Assembly (NCBI RefSeq): GCF_018350175.1
Contig: NC_058368.1
Coordinates: 158,350,001 to 158,414,000 of the forward strand
Source: Felis catus
Taxonomy: Eukaryota
Direction of reading: 5' to 3'
Length of the DNA: 64,000 nucleotides
The notes beneath the pieces were generated by a model. The model was given only the letters and a program-made list of their open reading frames with translations, ran no database searches and had not been told where the DNA came from. The position numbers and the translations under genes were made by a program. Shown piece by piece: positions 35,547 to 50,151 of the stretch (the stretch's first letter is position 1; every line of letters begins with the position of its first letter).

Positions 35547-35603
<57 letters not shown>

Positions 35604-35649
35604 AATAAATAAATAAATAAATAAACATTTTTCAAAAATTAAAAAAAAA
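35387..35649 (+). mobile_element. Can-SINE with expanded (CT)n
   Basis: Head plus long CT run at ~35548-35600. Confidence 0.92.
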
Positions 35650-35909
35650 GCTAGAGTGATAGGTTAGGCCTATTAGAAATGAACCACACTCATAAATTAT
35701 TTAAAATTTTAAACCTGCTATTCCCCTGGCATTTATACAAAAGTAAACATTTTCAAAAAAAAAAAAGTAAACATTTTCTACTAAGCGCAAAAAGAACAGA
35801 ACCACTGAAAATGTAGACACCATCTCTGCTGTGTTTTGTAGTATCTAACCCCAATTACTTCTGATTTTCTATTACAGAGTCAAGCCTTTAATTGATAGGT
35901 CTTCTTCAC

Positions 35910-38044
35910 TGTGGAGATATAATTAACATATAAATTTGTGTAGGTTTAAGATGTACAACATGATGATTTGATACACTTACAGATTGCATATTGCTATGGT
36001 ACCACTAGCTAACACCTCCATCATGTCATGTAATTATCATTTCTTTTTTTTTTTGTGGTAAGAACATTTAAGATTAGTAGTCTCTTAGCAACTTTCAAGT
36101 ATCTAATATGGTAATGCCAACTATAATCATTATGCTGTGTACAGATCCCCAGAACTTATTCATCTTGGAGCTACAAATTTGTGTATGTTGGCCAGCATGT
36201 ACCCAGTTTCTACATCCCCAGCCCCTGGTAACCACCATTCTACTCTCTGTATCTACAGGTTCTTTTTTTTTTTTTTTTTTAGATTCCACATATAAGTGAT
36301 ATCATACAGTATTTGTCTTTCTCTCTGACTTATCTCATTTAACATACTGCCCTTGAAGTCCATCCATATGATCACAAATGGCCTTTCCTTCTTCCTCGTG
36401 GCTGAATATTCCATTATGTGTATATGCCACAACTTTTTTAGCCATTCATCCATTGACAGATACTTAGATTGTTTCCATATCTTGGCTATTGTTAATAATG
36501 CTGAAATACACATAGAGTGCAGATATCTTTCCAATATCCTGTTTTCATTTTCTTTGGATATATACCCAGAGGTGGGAATGCTGGATTGTATAGTAGTTCT
36601 ATATTTAATATTTTAAGGAAATTTTATACTGTTTTCTCTAGTGGCTGTACCAATTTATATTCCCACCAACAGTGCACAAGGGTTCCCTTTTTTTTCATAT
36701 CCTCATCAACACTTGGCTTTAAGATGTCAGCCATTCTAACAACTATGAGATGATATCTCATGATTTTGATCTGCACTTCCCTGATGATTAGTGATGTGAG
36801 CATCTTTTCATGTACCTGTTGGCCATATGTATGCCTTCTTTCAGTCCCTCTGCTCATTTTTGAATCAAGTTTTGTTGTTGCTGTTTTTGTTGTTGAGTTG
36901 AATGAGTTCTTTATATATTTTGGATATTAACTGCTTATCATATACATGAATTGCAAATATTTTCTCCATTCTGTACCTTGCCTTTTCATTTTAGTAATAT
37001 CTTTTGTTCTGCAGGAGCTTTTTATTTTGATGTAGCCCTGCTTATCGATTTTTGCTTTTGTTGTTGTGCTTTTGGTGTCATATGCAAAAAATCATTGACA
37101 AGACCCAATCAATGAGCTTTTTCCCTATGTTTTCTTCTGGGGGGTTTATGGTTTCCAGTCTTATGCTTATGCTTAAGTCTTTAATCTATTTAATCTATTT
37201 CTTTAATTTAATTTTTGTGAGTGGTGTAAGATGGGGGCCCAAATTCATTTTTCTGCATGTGATCATCCAGTTTTCCCAGAATGATTTATGAAACAGACTA
37301 TCCTTTCCCCATTGAGCATTCTTGGCTTCCTTGTCAATTATTAGCTGACTGATTATGCAGGGGTTTATTTCTCGGCTCTTGATTCTGTTTCATTGATGTG
37401 TCTATTTTTGTGCCAGCACTATACTGTTTGAATTACTATAGCTTTATAATATAGTTTGAAATCAGGAAGTGTAATTCTCCTTTTTTGCTCTCTTTTTGTT
37501 CTCCTTTTTTAGGATTGCTTCAGCTACTTGGGATCTTTTGTGGTTCCATACAAATTTTAGGAAATTTTTTTCTATTTCTGGGAAAATGATATCAAAATTT
37601 TGATAAGGATTGTGTTGAAACTATAGATGGTTTTGCATGGTATGGACATTCTAATAATATTAAGATAATGGGTATCTTTCCATTTGTTTGTGTCTGCTTC
37701 AGTTTGTTTGTATTTTCATCAAAATTTTATAGTTTTCAGTTTACAAATCTTTCACTTTGGTTAAATTTTCTCCTAAGCATTTTATTTCTTTTGATACTAT
37801 TACAAATGGAATTTTTTAAAAATTTCTTTTTCAGATATTCAGCTTGCCTGATTGCTCTAACTAGGACATGCAGTACTGTATTGAATAAGAGTGGTGAGAG
37901 AGGACACCTTTGTATTGTTTCTGATCTTAAAAGGAAAAGCTTTTAACCTTTCATTGTTGAGTATAATGTGAGTGTGTTATATATGCCCTTTATTATGTTG
38001 AAGTATATCCTTATATATCCAGTTTGTTGAGGGTTTTTCATAAT
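35910..38044 (-). mobile_element. Older L1 3' portion (ORF2 end and 3' UTR); resumes at 43438-43480
   Basis: Minus-strand peptides such as LLTIAKIWKQSK...WLKKLWHIHIMEY and LIIREVQIK...[15 protein letters not shown]. Confidence 0.9.
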
Positions 38045-38051
38045 GAAAGGA

Positions 38052-41000
38052 GATGGGAGGTGGCAGGACCACTCGGAGCTGGCGGGACAACCTGACAAGT
38101 CCACCAACTTCTCGCTGTTTGCTAACATGATGTGTGTTGATCTGCCCTGAGGTTTGCAACTTGTTGTACAAGCTCAGACCTGTGACTGAGCCCCCGTGGG
38201 CTACTCCAAGGAACAAATCAAAGCACACCTGGTGGAGGGTACAAAATATTACTATGAGTAGGGTAATAAAATAACCAAAGTCACAACAACAGAGAGCAAG
38301 TAACAATCCCCGAAAAAGAGCTCCTGAAGGGCCAGGCCCTGGAAAGTGTATGACCCTCCTTTAATATGGCAGTGTTTGCAGGTGCAGAGCACACAAGCTT
38401 TTAAAACACATAAGGGACAGAAAACTAGCCAAAATGATGAAATGGAAGAATTCTCCCCAAAAGAAACTCCAGGAAGTAGCAACAGCTAATGATCAAAAAT
38501 AATTTAAGCAATATAACTGAACAAGAATTTAGAATAATAGTCATAAAATTAATTTCTGGGCTTGAAAAAAGCATAGAGGACAGCAGAGAATCTATTGCTA
38601 CAGAGATCTAGAGACTAAAAATAGTCATGAGGCACTAAAAAATGCTATAAATGAGGTGTAAAATAAAATGGAGGCAGCCATAGCACGGATTGAAGAGGCA
38701 GAGGAGAGAATAGGTGAATTAGAAGATAAAATTATGGAAAAAGAGGAAGCTGAGGAAAAGATAAAAAAAAATACAGGAGTATGAGGGGAGAATTAATAGA
38801 ACTAAGTGATGCAATCAGATGGAATAATATCCATATCATAGAAATTCCAGAAGAAGAAGAGAGAGAAAGCAGCTGAAGGTGTACTTGAACAAATCATAGC
38901 TGAGAACTTCCCTGATCTGGGGAAGGAAATAGGCATTGAAATCCAGGAGGCACAGAGAACTTCCTTCAGGTGTAACTTGAATTGATCTTCTGCATGACAT
39001 ATCATAGTGAAACTGGCAAAACACAAGGATAAAGAGAGAATTCAGAAAGCAGCTAGAGATAAACATGCTCTAACATATAAAGGGAGACCAATAAGACTAG
39101 TGACAGACCTATCTACTGAAACTTGGCAGGCCAGAAAGGAGTGGCAGGAAATCTTGAATGTGATGAACAGAAAAAATATGTAGCCAAGAATACTTTATCC
39201 AGCAAGTCTGTCATTCAGAATAGAAGGAGAGATAAAGGTTTTCCCAAACAAACAAAAACTGAAGGAATTCATCACCACTAAACCAGCCTTACAAGAGATC
39301 CTAAGGGGAACTCTGTGAGTGAAATGTTGCAAGGACCACAAAGTACCAAAGACATCACTACAAGCACGAAACCTACAGACATCACAATGACTCTAAACCC
39401 GTATCTTTCAATAATAACACTGAATGTAAATGGACCAAATGTTCCAACCAAAAGACATAGGGTATCAGAATGGATAAAAAAACAAGACCCATCTATTTTA
39501 TGTCTACAAAAGACTCATTTTAGGCCTAAGGACACCTTCAGATTGAAAGTGAGGGGATGGAGAACTATCTATCATGCTACTGAAAGTCAAAAGAAAGCTG
39601 GAGTAGGCATACTTATATCAGACAAACTAGACTTTAAATTGAAGGCTGTAACAAGAGATGAAGAAGGGCATTATGTAATAATTACAGGATCTATCCATCA
39701 GGAAGAGCTAAAAGTTATAAATGTCTATGTGCCAAATACCGGAGCCCCCAAATATATAAAGCAATTAATCACAAAAGTAAGTAACCTTATTGATAAGAAT
39801 GTGGTAATTGCAAGGGACTTTAATACTCCACTTACAAAAATGGATAGATCATCTAGACACAGAATCAATAAAGACAAGGGCCCTGAGTGATACATTGTAT
39901 CAGATGGACTTGACAGACATATTTAGAACTCTGCATCCCAAAGCAACAGAATATACTCTCTTCTCTAGTGCACATGGAACATTCTCCAAGATAGATCACA
40001 TACTGAGTCACAAAACAACCCTTCATAAGTATAAAAGAATTGAGATCATACTATGCACACTTTCAGACTACAATGCTATAAAACTTGAAATCAACCACAG
40101 GAAAAAGTCTGGAAAACCTCCAAAAGCATGGAGGTTAAAGAACACCCTACTAAGGAGTGAATGGGTCAACCAGGCAATTAGAGAAGAAATTAAAGAATAT
40201 ATGGAAACAAATGAAAATGAAAACACAACAATCCAAAAACTTTGGGATGCAGCAAAGGCAGTCCTGAGAGGAAAATACATTGCAATCCAGGCCTATCTCA
40301 AGAAACATGAAAAATCCCAAATATGAAATCTAACAACACACCTAAAGGGAATAGAAGCAAAACAGCCAAGACACCCCAAACCCAGCAGAAGAAGAGAAAT
40401 AATAAAGATCAGAGCAGAATAAACAATATAGAATATAAACAACACAGTAGAGCAGATGAATGAAACCAAGAGTTGTTTTTTTGAAAAAATAAACAAAATT
40501 GATAAACCTCTAGCCAGGCTTCTCAAAAAGAAATGGCAGAGGACCCAAATAGATAAAATCATGAATGAACATGGAATTATTACAACCAATCCCTCAGAAA
40601 TACAAGCAATTATCAGGGAACACTATGAAAAATTATATGCCAACAAACTGGACAACTTGGAAGAAATGGGCAAATTCCTAAGCACCCACACACTTCCAAA
40701 ACTCAAACAGGAAGAAATAGAAAATTTGAACAGACCCATAACCAGCAAAGAAATTGAATCAGTTATGGAAAATCTCCCAACAAATAAGAGTCCAGGACCA
40801 GATGGCTTCCCTGGGGAATTCTACCAGACATTTAAAGCAGAGATAATACCTATCCTTCTCAAGCTATTCAAAAAAATAGAAAGGGAAGGAAAACTTCCAG
40901 ACTCATTCTATGAAGCCAGCATGACTTTGATTCCAAAACCAGACAGAGACCCAGCAAAAAAAGAGAACTACAGGCCAATATCCCTGATGAATAGGGATGC

Positions 41001-43430
41001 AAAAATACTCAACAAGATACTAGCAAATCGAATTCAACAGCATATAAAAAGAATTGTTCACCATGATCAAGTGGGATTCATTCCTGGGCTGCAGGGCTGG
41101 TTCAATGTTCACAAATCAATCAACGTGATACATCACATTAACAAAAGAAAAGATAAGAACCATATTATCCTGTCAATCGATGCAGAGAAAGCATTTGACA
41201 AAATTCAGCATCCTCTATTAATAAAAACCCTCAAGAAAGTCAGGGTAGAAGGAACATACTTAAACATCATAAAAGCCATTTATGAAAAGCCCACAGCTAA
41301 CATCATCCTCAATGGGGAAAAACTGAGAGCTTTCCCCCTGAGATCAGGAACATGACAGGGATGCCCACTCTCACTGCTGTTGTTTAACATAGAGTTGGAA
41401 GTTCTAGCATCAGCAATCAGACAACAAAAGGAAATCAAAGACACCAAAATTGGCAAAGATGAAGTTAAGCTTTCACTTTTTGCAGATGACATGATATTAT
41501 ATATGGAATACTTGATAGACTCCACCAAAAGTCTCCTAGAACTGATACATGAATTCAGCAAAGTCACAGGATACAAAATTAATGTGCAGAAGTGAGTTGC
41601 ATTCTTCTACACTAATAATGAAGCAACAGAAAGATAAATAAAGAAACTGATCCCATTCACAATTGTACCAAGAAGCATAAAATACCTAGGAATAAACCTA
41701 ACCAAGGATGTAAAAGATCTGTATGCTGAAAACTATAGAAAGCTTATGAAGGAAATTGAAGAAGATACAAAGAAATGGGAAAACATTCCATGCTCATGGA
41801 TTGGAAGAATAAATATTGTTAAAATGTCAATACTACCCAAAGCTATCTACACATTCAATGCAATCCCAATCAAAATTTTACCAGCATTCTTCTCGAAACT
41901 AGAACAAGCAATCTTAAAATTTGTATGGAACCACAAAAGACCCTGAATAGCCAAAGTAAGATTGAAGAAGACCAAAGCAGCAGTCATCACAATCCCAGAC
42001 TTCAGCCTCTACTACAAAGCTGTAATCATCAAGACAGCATGGTATTGGCACAAAAACAGACACATAGACCAATGGAATAGAATAAAGGCTCCAGAATTGG
42101 AACCTCAAAAGTATGGCCAACTAATCTTTGACAAAGCAGGAAAGAATATCCAATGGAAAAAGACAGTCTCCTTAAAAAATGGTGCTGGGAGAACTGGACA
42201 GCAACATGCAGAAGAATAAAACTAAACCACTTTATTACACCATTCACAAAAATAAACTCAAAATGGATAAAGGACCTGAATGTGAGCCAGGAAACCATCA
42301 AAACCCTAGAGGAGAAAGCCGGGAAAAACCTCTTTGACCTCAGCCGCAGCAATTTCTTACTTGACACATCTCCAAAGACAAGGGAATTAAAAGCAAAAAT
42401 GAACTATTGGGACCTCATCAAGATAAAAAGCTTCTGCACTGCAAAGAAAACAATCAACAAAACTACAAGGCAACCGACAGAATGGGAAAAGATATTTCCA
42501 AATGACATATCGGACAAAGGGCTAGTATCCAAAATCTATAAAGAAATCACCAAACTCCACACCTGAAAAGCAAATAATCCAGTGAAGAAATGGGCAGAAG
42601 CATGAATAGGCACTTCTCTAAAAAAGACATCCAGATGGCCAATAGGCACATGAAAAGATGCTCAATGTCACTCCTCATCAGGGAAATACAAATCAAAACC
42701 ACACTCAGATATCACCTCATGCCAGTCAGAGTGGCTAAAATGAACAAATCAGGAGACTATAGATGCTGGAGAGGATGTGGAGAAACGGGAACCCTCTTGC
42801 ACTGTTGGTGGGAATGCAAATTGGTGTAGCCACTCTGGAAAACAGTGTGGAGATTCCTCAAAAAATTAAAAATAGATCTACCCAATGACCCAGCAATACC
42901 ACGGCTAGGAATTTACCCAAGAGGTACAGAGTGCTAATGCATAGGGGCACATGTATCCCAATGTTTATAGCAGCACTGTCAACAATAGCCAAATTATGGA
43001 AAGAGCCTAAATATCCATCAACTGATGAATGATAAAGAAGTTGTGGTTTATATATACAATGGAATACTACTTGACAATGAGAAAGAATGAAATATGGCCC
43101 TTTGTAGCAACGTGGATGGAACTGGAGAATGTTATGCTAAGTGAAATAAGTCATACAGAGAAAGACAGATACCATATATTTTCACTCTTATGTGGATCCT
43201 GAGAAACTTAACAGAAGACCATGGGGGAGGGGAAGGGGAAAAAAAAAAGTTACAGACAGGGAAGGAAGCAAACCATAAGAGACTCTTAAAAACTGAGAAT
43301 AAACTGAGGTTTGATGGCGGGGGGGAGGGGGAGGAAGTGGGTGATGGGCATTGAGGAAGGCACCTGTTGGGATGAGAACTGGGTGTTGTTATGGAAACCA
43401 ATTTGACAATAAATTTCATATTAAAAAAAA
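38052..43430 (+). mobile_element. Near-full-length carnivore L1 (inactivated ORF1 ~38434-39320 and ORF2 ~39388-43200)
   Basis: Endonuclease (LSIITLNVNG, DFNTPL, SKIDH), RT ([41 protein letters not shown]), C-terminal [10 protein letters not shown]-rich 3' UTR, AATAAA, A tail; TSD GAAAGGA; multiple stops and frameshifts. Confidence 0.97.
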
Positions 43431-46400
43431 GAAAGGATGTGGTATTTTGTCAAATGCTTTTTCTGCATCTACTTAGATTACCTGATTTATAAATCTTTTA
43501 TAGATCCTTACATATAAATTACGACCACAAAGTAAAGATTAATACATTTTAAAAATCCAATTATTGAATGTAAATATATTACTAAGAATATAAAAGGCTG
43601 TAGATTCATTATAAAAATATGTTAGTAATAATAATAATAATGCAAACACATATTGAGCACTTATTAGGTCAGTCTTCCAATATTAAATTCTCAATTATAA
43701 ATATTACTTAGGTAAATATGTATTAAGAGAAAAAAATTAAATAAATGAGAATTGATGACATTAGTAGCTTTTTTTTTTTTTAAGTTTATTACAGACAGAT
43801 CCTCTAATTGAGCAATTTTGTCTTTCAACCTGCTAGTGATGCACCTATCATTTTGGGGGAGGCATTTGGATGATTACAGAATCCTCAGGGTAAAGAGAGA
43901 GTGAGAAACTTTCAGAACCACCCTTCTGTGTGAGAAGAGAGCTCATCCTGACATCATCCTAGATGAGTGGGAATCTTTCCTAGTTTTTAATATTTTAGAG
44001 TTCAGCAATTCTAGACACTTGGGGAGGGAGAGAAGGCCAATACGTTTCAAAATAATCTAGATCTTAAGAAATCATTCAGTCACTGGCAATCACAATTAAC
44101 AGTTTCTTCTTCATGACATTGTAATTTTGCACATCCATGAAGTTAAACAAACTCTGAAGTCCCCTTGGGTCCAATCCCAAATAACTTATTATTATTACCC
44201 TAATAAACGATTCTTTGTTTTTTTCATACACTAAATAAAATACAGTGGATTTCCAAAATTCACCTGAGTTTATTTACAACATTGCATGCTACAGCGCTAG
44301 TAGTACTCCTGGAATGCTGGCCTGTTTTGGATTTTACTAAACCCAAGAATGCCCTTAATGGGAAAGGAATTGAAAACATCACTTTCCCCATAGCAACAAA
44401 TGAACTAGTCATTTCTCTGATATACATTAAGACTTCCTGATTGAATTCTTCTCATCACTGTGATCTTTTGATCCATTCTAATCCAGTGACACTAATCATT
44501 TTAGATTCTGTGAATATAGACATAGTCATCTATAAGAAAATTTTCTGGCTGACATAATAATCAGCTCACTATTGAATTAAAGAAAACACTAGGAAGTAGG
44601 GTTAAGAAATTACAACATGTGGCTTAGTTTCCTTGAGGGCATCTGCCTTCCAAATTAATGATGATTCATTATTATTATTTTTAATAATTTTATATGTATT
44701 TTTTGAATAAGTAATATATACTCAGAGCACAAAAGGCCAAGAGTACAAAATGGTATGCAGGGAAAAGTCAATATCCCTCATCAGTGGAAATGCTATTCCC
44801 TGTTAGTGAGTATGTAAACCATTTTGAACAGCAAATTGGATTGGCATTAGCTGGTACAGTTGAAAGTGTGGAATTTCTACTTCTGTTAATGAAAGAATAG
44901 GCAAATTGGACTAGAGGAGGAAGAGAAGAAGCTAGCCTATACCCACCTCTGTTCCCACTGCAGATTTGTCTTCTAGAGTGGGATCAAGCTGAGGTTGAGG
45001 AGAGCTGTCACTTCAAATGAGGTTTGAGGTTTTTTAAAATTATTATTACAGTAAACTTTCCTGTATGATGACTGCAATGAGAATATTTTGAGATGGAATT
45101 AGAACTTTTTCTTGTCTGTGAATAACCAGAGGAAACTATGGAGACTGTCTGTGATTTTATCCAAGAGATGGGGAAGAGTCAAAGCATTCAGATATGGGGG
45201 GAAGGGGATGAAGAGTAAATTTGCTTAAATAAGAGTCCAACCTAACATAACAATTTCACAGTAATTGGGTACACAAACTGATCCAGTAGATTAACCCAAG
45301 CTCTCTATTCCCCCTGGAAAACATGCTGACTGATAGACAGCACAGCACACTTAGCTCCTGGTGTGCCAGAGAACTGTGTCCCCTCACCTGAGGAAAATGC
45401 TGGCCAGGAGTCACTTGTATTTGTCCCCACCCTGTTGACACCAATTGTGTCAATATAGTTACTTAGGTTAATGAAATGTTATAGAACAAATGGGTGGTAA
45501 AAAGCAGTTGTTTTTGCATCTATGAAGTCTACGCTGATTATTTTGGAAAGTCTTGATAAAGTTGAATGGAAATGGGTGTGCATACAACTACTGCAAAAGA
45601 CTGAGAGAAATGTAAAAATATACAGGGGTGCTGTGTTTAGATTGTTTCACAAATATCTCTTCAGTCTTCCTCTTAACTGAGCAATGCATAAAAATCAAAG
45701 AATCTGAGGAAATTATTTCCAGGTCCTTTCCAGCTGTGTCATTTTATGATTTTTACACATGAAAATATTTATGTCACCTTTACAAAAATAAACAAGATTT
45801 ATAACATACATTTAGTCTCCAAAAATGTGCTCTATGTAACAGATAACTTTCTACATACAAGGGAAGAATGTTGCTACAAATATCTTAGGTTTTAGGTTTC
45901 TCCATATAAATGCTCTTGAAATACTGCTTGAATTGAATTCATGATCCCTTTAGGCTAATAAGCTTCTGGATCAGTAAATATTTTGACAGAAGCTAAAAGT
46001 ATTGATTGCATTATTCAATCTGTGAATGATGACATTTTTACGATTGCTTTTGTCCTATTGATTCTCTCTTTATGATCCATGATACGTCTCCAAAAAACGG
46101 GGCCCTAAGCTTCAAAAGTACAATGTTTTCATTCCTGTGTGTTTTGATCACATAAATATTCCTTAATAAGTTTTTTTTGGAAGTGTAGATTTGTTTACTG
46201 AGATCAAAATGGTGGATTTTGGAAAGGGAGTTTCCCAGATTTAAAAAAAAAAAAAAAGCATGAAACTACTCTTCTAGATAATACCTAAGGCCCTTCCATT
46301 TCTAACCTTCTACAATTCTCTCATTTTCTCTCAAGGACTGTGAGCTTTCCTTTCCCTAAACCATCCATTTTGTAAAATACATAAATATTTTTAAAAATGT

Positions 46401-46549
46401 GTTCTCCATTATAAAGTCAATTCAAAATGTTGGTTCACTGATGTACTACTATTCATATATCACTACTTCAGGGACTGAGAAGACATCAAAATAAAAAGAA
46501 TTTAGTCACATGGCTCCCGACCTCACTTTGCATAAGAAAACATCATACA

Positions 46550-46967
46550 TGAATGGATAAAGAAATTGTGGTTTATATACACAATGGAGTACTACAGGGC
46601 AATGAGAAAGAACGAAATATGGCCCTTTGTAGCAACGTGGATGGAACTGGAGAGTGTGATGCTAAGTGAAATAAACCATACAGAAAAAGACAGATACCAT
46701 ATATTTTCACTCTTATGTGGATCCTGAGAAACTTAACAGAAACCCATGGAGAAGGGGAAGGAAAAAAAAAAAGAGGTTAGAGTGGGAGAGAGCCAAAGCA
46801 TAAGAGACTCTTAAAAACTGAGAACAAACTAAGGGTTGATGGGGGTGGGAGGGAGAGGAGGGTGGGTGATGGGTATTGAGGAGGGCACCTTTTGGGATGA
46901 GCACTGGGTGTTGTATGGAAACCAATTTGACAATAAATTTCATATATTGAAAAAAAGTGAAAAAAAA
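46550..46967 (+). mobile_element. 5'-truncated L1 3' end
   Basis: Similar to 43025-43430; perfect 16-bp TSD AAGAAAACATCATACA (46534-46549 and 46968-46983). Confidence 0.95.
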
Positions 46968-48164
46968 AAGAAAACATCATACAACTTCATTTACAGGATT
47001 TTCTTTTTTCCACTTTCAACCTTTTATGTGTCTTCTGTGTTTCCTATCCATACATCTTTGTCTCTGTATTTGTAAATATAGTAGAACACTCCCAACACTA
47101 ATGTAGTAATAATAATTCCTTGCTGATTGTAGCAAAAAGGCATGTCATTTGGAGTAAAGTTATTAACGAGATAGCCCCAAGTAAAAATTATATATGAAAA
47201 ACTAAAACTTGAAATCTTAGATATAGCTTCACAGAATGAATAAAGAGTTGCGCTAAATTGTTAGTATCAGTGGAGTTTTGGCTCCTCCGTAATTCAACTA
47301 CATCTACAATTAAAGTGAGATTTGATTAAAGAAAATTGTTTTTAATAACCTCACTGTCACAAGAAACGTATTAGTAAGTTAATTTTCTTTTTGCTAGAAT
47401 ATATGTGTAGTTTGTCAACATGTTTAATGCATGGATTTGCAGTTAACAGGCTGGGTTCTTATTCCAGCTCTGTCATTTTTTATCTTTAAGAATTCATTCA
47501 GCTTTCTAGCCTGGATTTTCTAATCTGTGAAATGGAAATAATCATGCCAACCAAAAAGAGTTCTGTGCATAGTGAAGGTGTCACTAATGTTGATTCCTTA
47601 TTTCATTTCAACACGGCTATCAGACCATATCCAGTATGAGGGACTTTCAATTAGTTGCTAAGTTGTGGCATGGTAAATGGGGTCCTGGGTTTGATGAACA
47701 GACATTTCCACTGAGCCAGAACTTTCACATTTGTCCTGGTTAACAGTAAAAGGAATTACCTTAAGAAGAAGAATAAAGAAATATTTGGGAACATAATCAA
47801 AATAAAATTAATCCACATCAGTGGTAGCTACAATTTGCTCACACTCTTTAATGAAGAACATAGAAACAGACTTGGGGAAGTGATCGCTGGAAGTGTTCAA
47901 TGTTGTGAAGGAGTAGTTTTTTCATTTCACTCTTATTACTAAAACATTGCTACATTGTGCTTAACCCATACTGTATACAACATCTTATGAAAATTCATTT
48001 CTATCTGAATTTTTGCTATGAGATACAAATGTTGACAACCCCAAGAATATAAGATATAAGATATAAGATCTTATAAAATATAAGATAATAATTACTTAGT
48101 AATAGGTAGTATTTCAGACCTACTAAATCAAGATCTGATTCAGGGGCTACAAATGTATATTTAA

Positions 48165-48378
48165 ATTTTTTTTTAACATTTTTATTTATTTTTGACAGAC
48201 AGAGATAGAGAGTGAGCAGGGGAGGGGCAGACAGAGAGGGAGACACAGAATCCAAAGCAGGCCCCAGGCTCTGAGCTGCCAACACAGAGACTGTCTTGGG
48301 GCTCAAACCCACAAACTGTGAGATCGTGACCTAAGCCGAAGTCTGACACTCAACCGACTGAGCCACCCAGGCGCGCCC
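48165..48378 (-). mobile_element. Can-SINE inside a MER5-like MITE remnant
   Basis: SINE body; TSD-like aaatgtatatttaaa / aaatgtacattttaaa; ends near agtttagaaccac. Confidence 0.88.
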
Positions 48379-48459
48379 AAATGTACATTTTAAAGAAGCA
48401 CCCCATATAATTCTTATGCACAAACCAGTTTAGAACCACCAGAAATAGGGCTGTTTATT

Positions 48460-48510
48460 ATTTTGTTATTATTTTTAGCTTATTTATTCATTTTGAGAGA
48501 GAGAGAGAGG

Positions 48511-48551
<41 letters not shown>

Positions 48552-48726
48552 TGTGTGTGTGTGTATGAGCAGGGAAGGGGCAGAGAGAGAGAGGGAGAAT
48601 TCCAAGCAGATTCCTTGTTGTTAATGCAGACTCCAACGTGGGGCTTGAACTCACAAACTATGAGATAAACAACTGAGTCCAAACCAAGAGTCAGATGCTT
48701 AACTGACCAAGTCACACAGGCGCCCC
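48460..48726 (-). mobile_element. Can-SINE with internal (GT)n
   Basis: SINE body with (GT)n at ~48513-48563. Confidence 0.9.
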
Positions 48727-49940
48727 TAGGGCTTTTTATTTTAGTAATTACTATATGTTGAACCCTTTCAGATCATAAGGAGTACTACAGGGCTTCTAGG
48801 AATATAAAGGTGGTTGAGAAGTTTGTTTTGGTATCAGTGGAAAAGATATCACTATGACATTGTCTGTGGCTTGAAGTAAAATTAAGACATTGCCTCTTGA
48901 GAAAGGCAAAACCCTTCTGTTGACTGACCCAGAAGGTTCAAGGATAATTAGAGCTGCCAAGTAGCTTATAACAAAAGCCAATTTGGAGGTGCTTTGAGAT
49001 TTACTGAGTGATTCTTATCACATGATGGAGTCCTCAGGGAACTGTCAAGTGCCCTGAGGACATGGAGGACAGGACACTGTCCTGTTACGTGCATGAATCA
49101 TGATCTTGAAAAACATAAATGAAAGCCAGATAGAAGCTCAAATGCCGGTCTCAAATACCAGTCCTGTGGTCCGGATTTCTCATCATATATCATTTAACAA
49201 CAATAAAATAGAATATCCCTAGTAGAAATAGAAAATCTATTTTATGAAATCATGTAAAGGAATACAAGATGTTTTAAAGATTAGTGGTTGTTATTTGGTA
49301 TCTCTATGCATGATTTTAAAGTCTAAGATTTTAAAGTGTGTTTTTTCTATATAACCATGTTTTAAATTGCACTGAGAGTTAAATTCAGTTGTAGTAACAT
49401 GAACAAACCCTTCAAAAGCCAGCAGTAGCAAGGCTTACAAGTAAGGAAGGCCCATCCTAATTGTTAGTTACCACAAACATCATTAGGTAGGTCAGGGTCT
49501 CCAAAAGGAGTAATCAGGCCTCTGGGAACAGACAAGGACTATGTAATGGACACCCAGAAAAACAGGTGGCTCCCAGATGATCAGTTTCCAGAGCTTCAGC
49601 TACGTATGCACCCTATCTAAACATGGTCTGAAAACACTCCTGTGGGTTAGAGGGGATACAGGATCTCCTTTCCACCTTTGCTTTCACTTTACAAAAAAAA
49701 AAAAGGCCAACAACTTCTCCATGGTTAACCTTACTATAAATCAATTCCTGAAGATTGAAAAACCTCCATGATGCAAATAAAGAGAAAGGTGAAATATTTT
49801 GTTGATATTGAGAAAGCGAATGCCTCTAATGATTGGGCAATAAATCCTTTTATATTCAAAATGATTTCAAATCCTTCCTCTCAATAAAATTAAAGCAAAA
49901 TCTCATTGCTAGATAATTAAAAATACTTCTTTAAAAAAAA

Positions 49941-50151
49941 ATTTTTTTAATGTTTATTTATTTTCGAGAGAGACAGAGATAGAGTGTGAGTGGGTTAGGG
50001 GCAGAGTGAGAGGGTGACACAGAATCCGAAGCAGGCTCCAGGCTCTGAGCTGTCAGCACAGAGCCCAACACAGGGCTCAAACTCACGAGCTGTGAGATCA
50101 TGACCTGAGCCAAAGTCGGACGCTCAACCTACTGAGCCACCCAGGTGCCCC
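49941..50151 (-). mobile_element. Can-SINE
   Basis: Typical body. Confidence 0.92.

Noticed and set aside
40456..41355. 299-aa RT-containing ORF as an active L1
   Set aside because: Fragment bounded by stops; ORF1 and ORF2 carry many disabling mutations.
48920..49030. Faint resemblance (SYHMME; gactgaccc) to an ERAP2 exon (FYHMMD)
   Set aside because: Needs many gaps, has no splice sites or neighbouring exons, and is most likely chance; TBLASTN would settle it.
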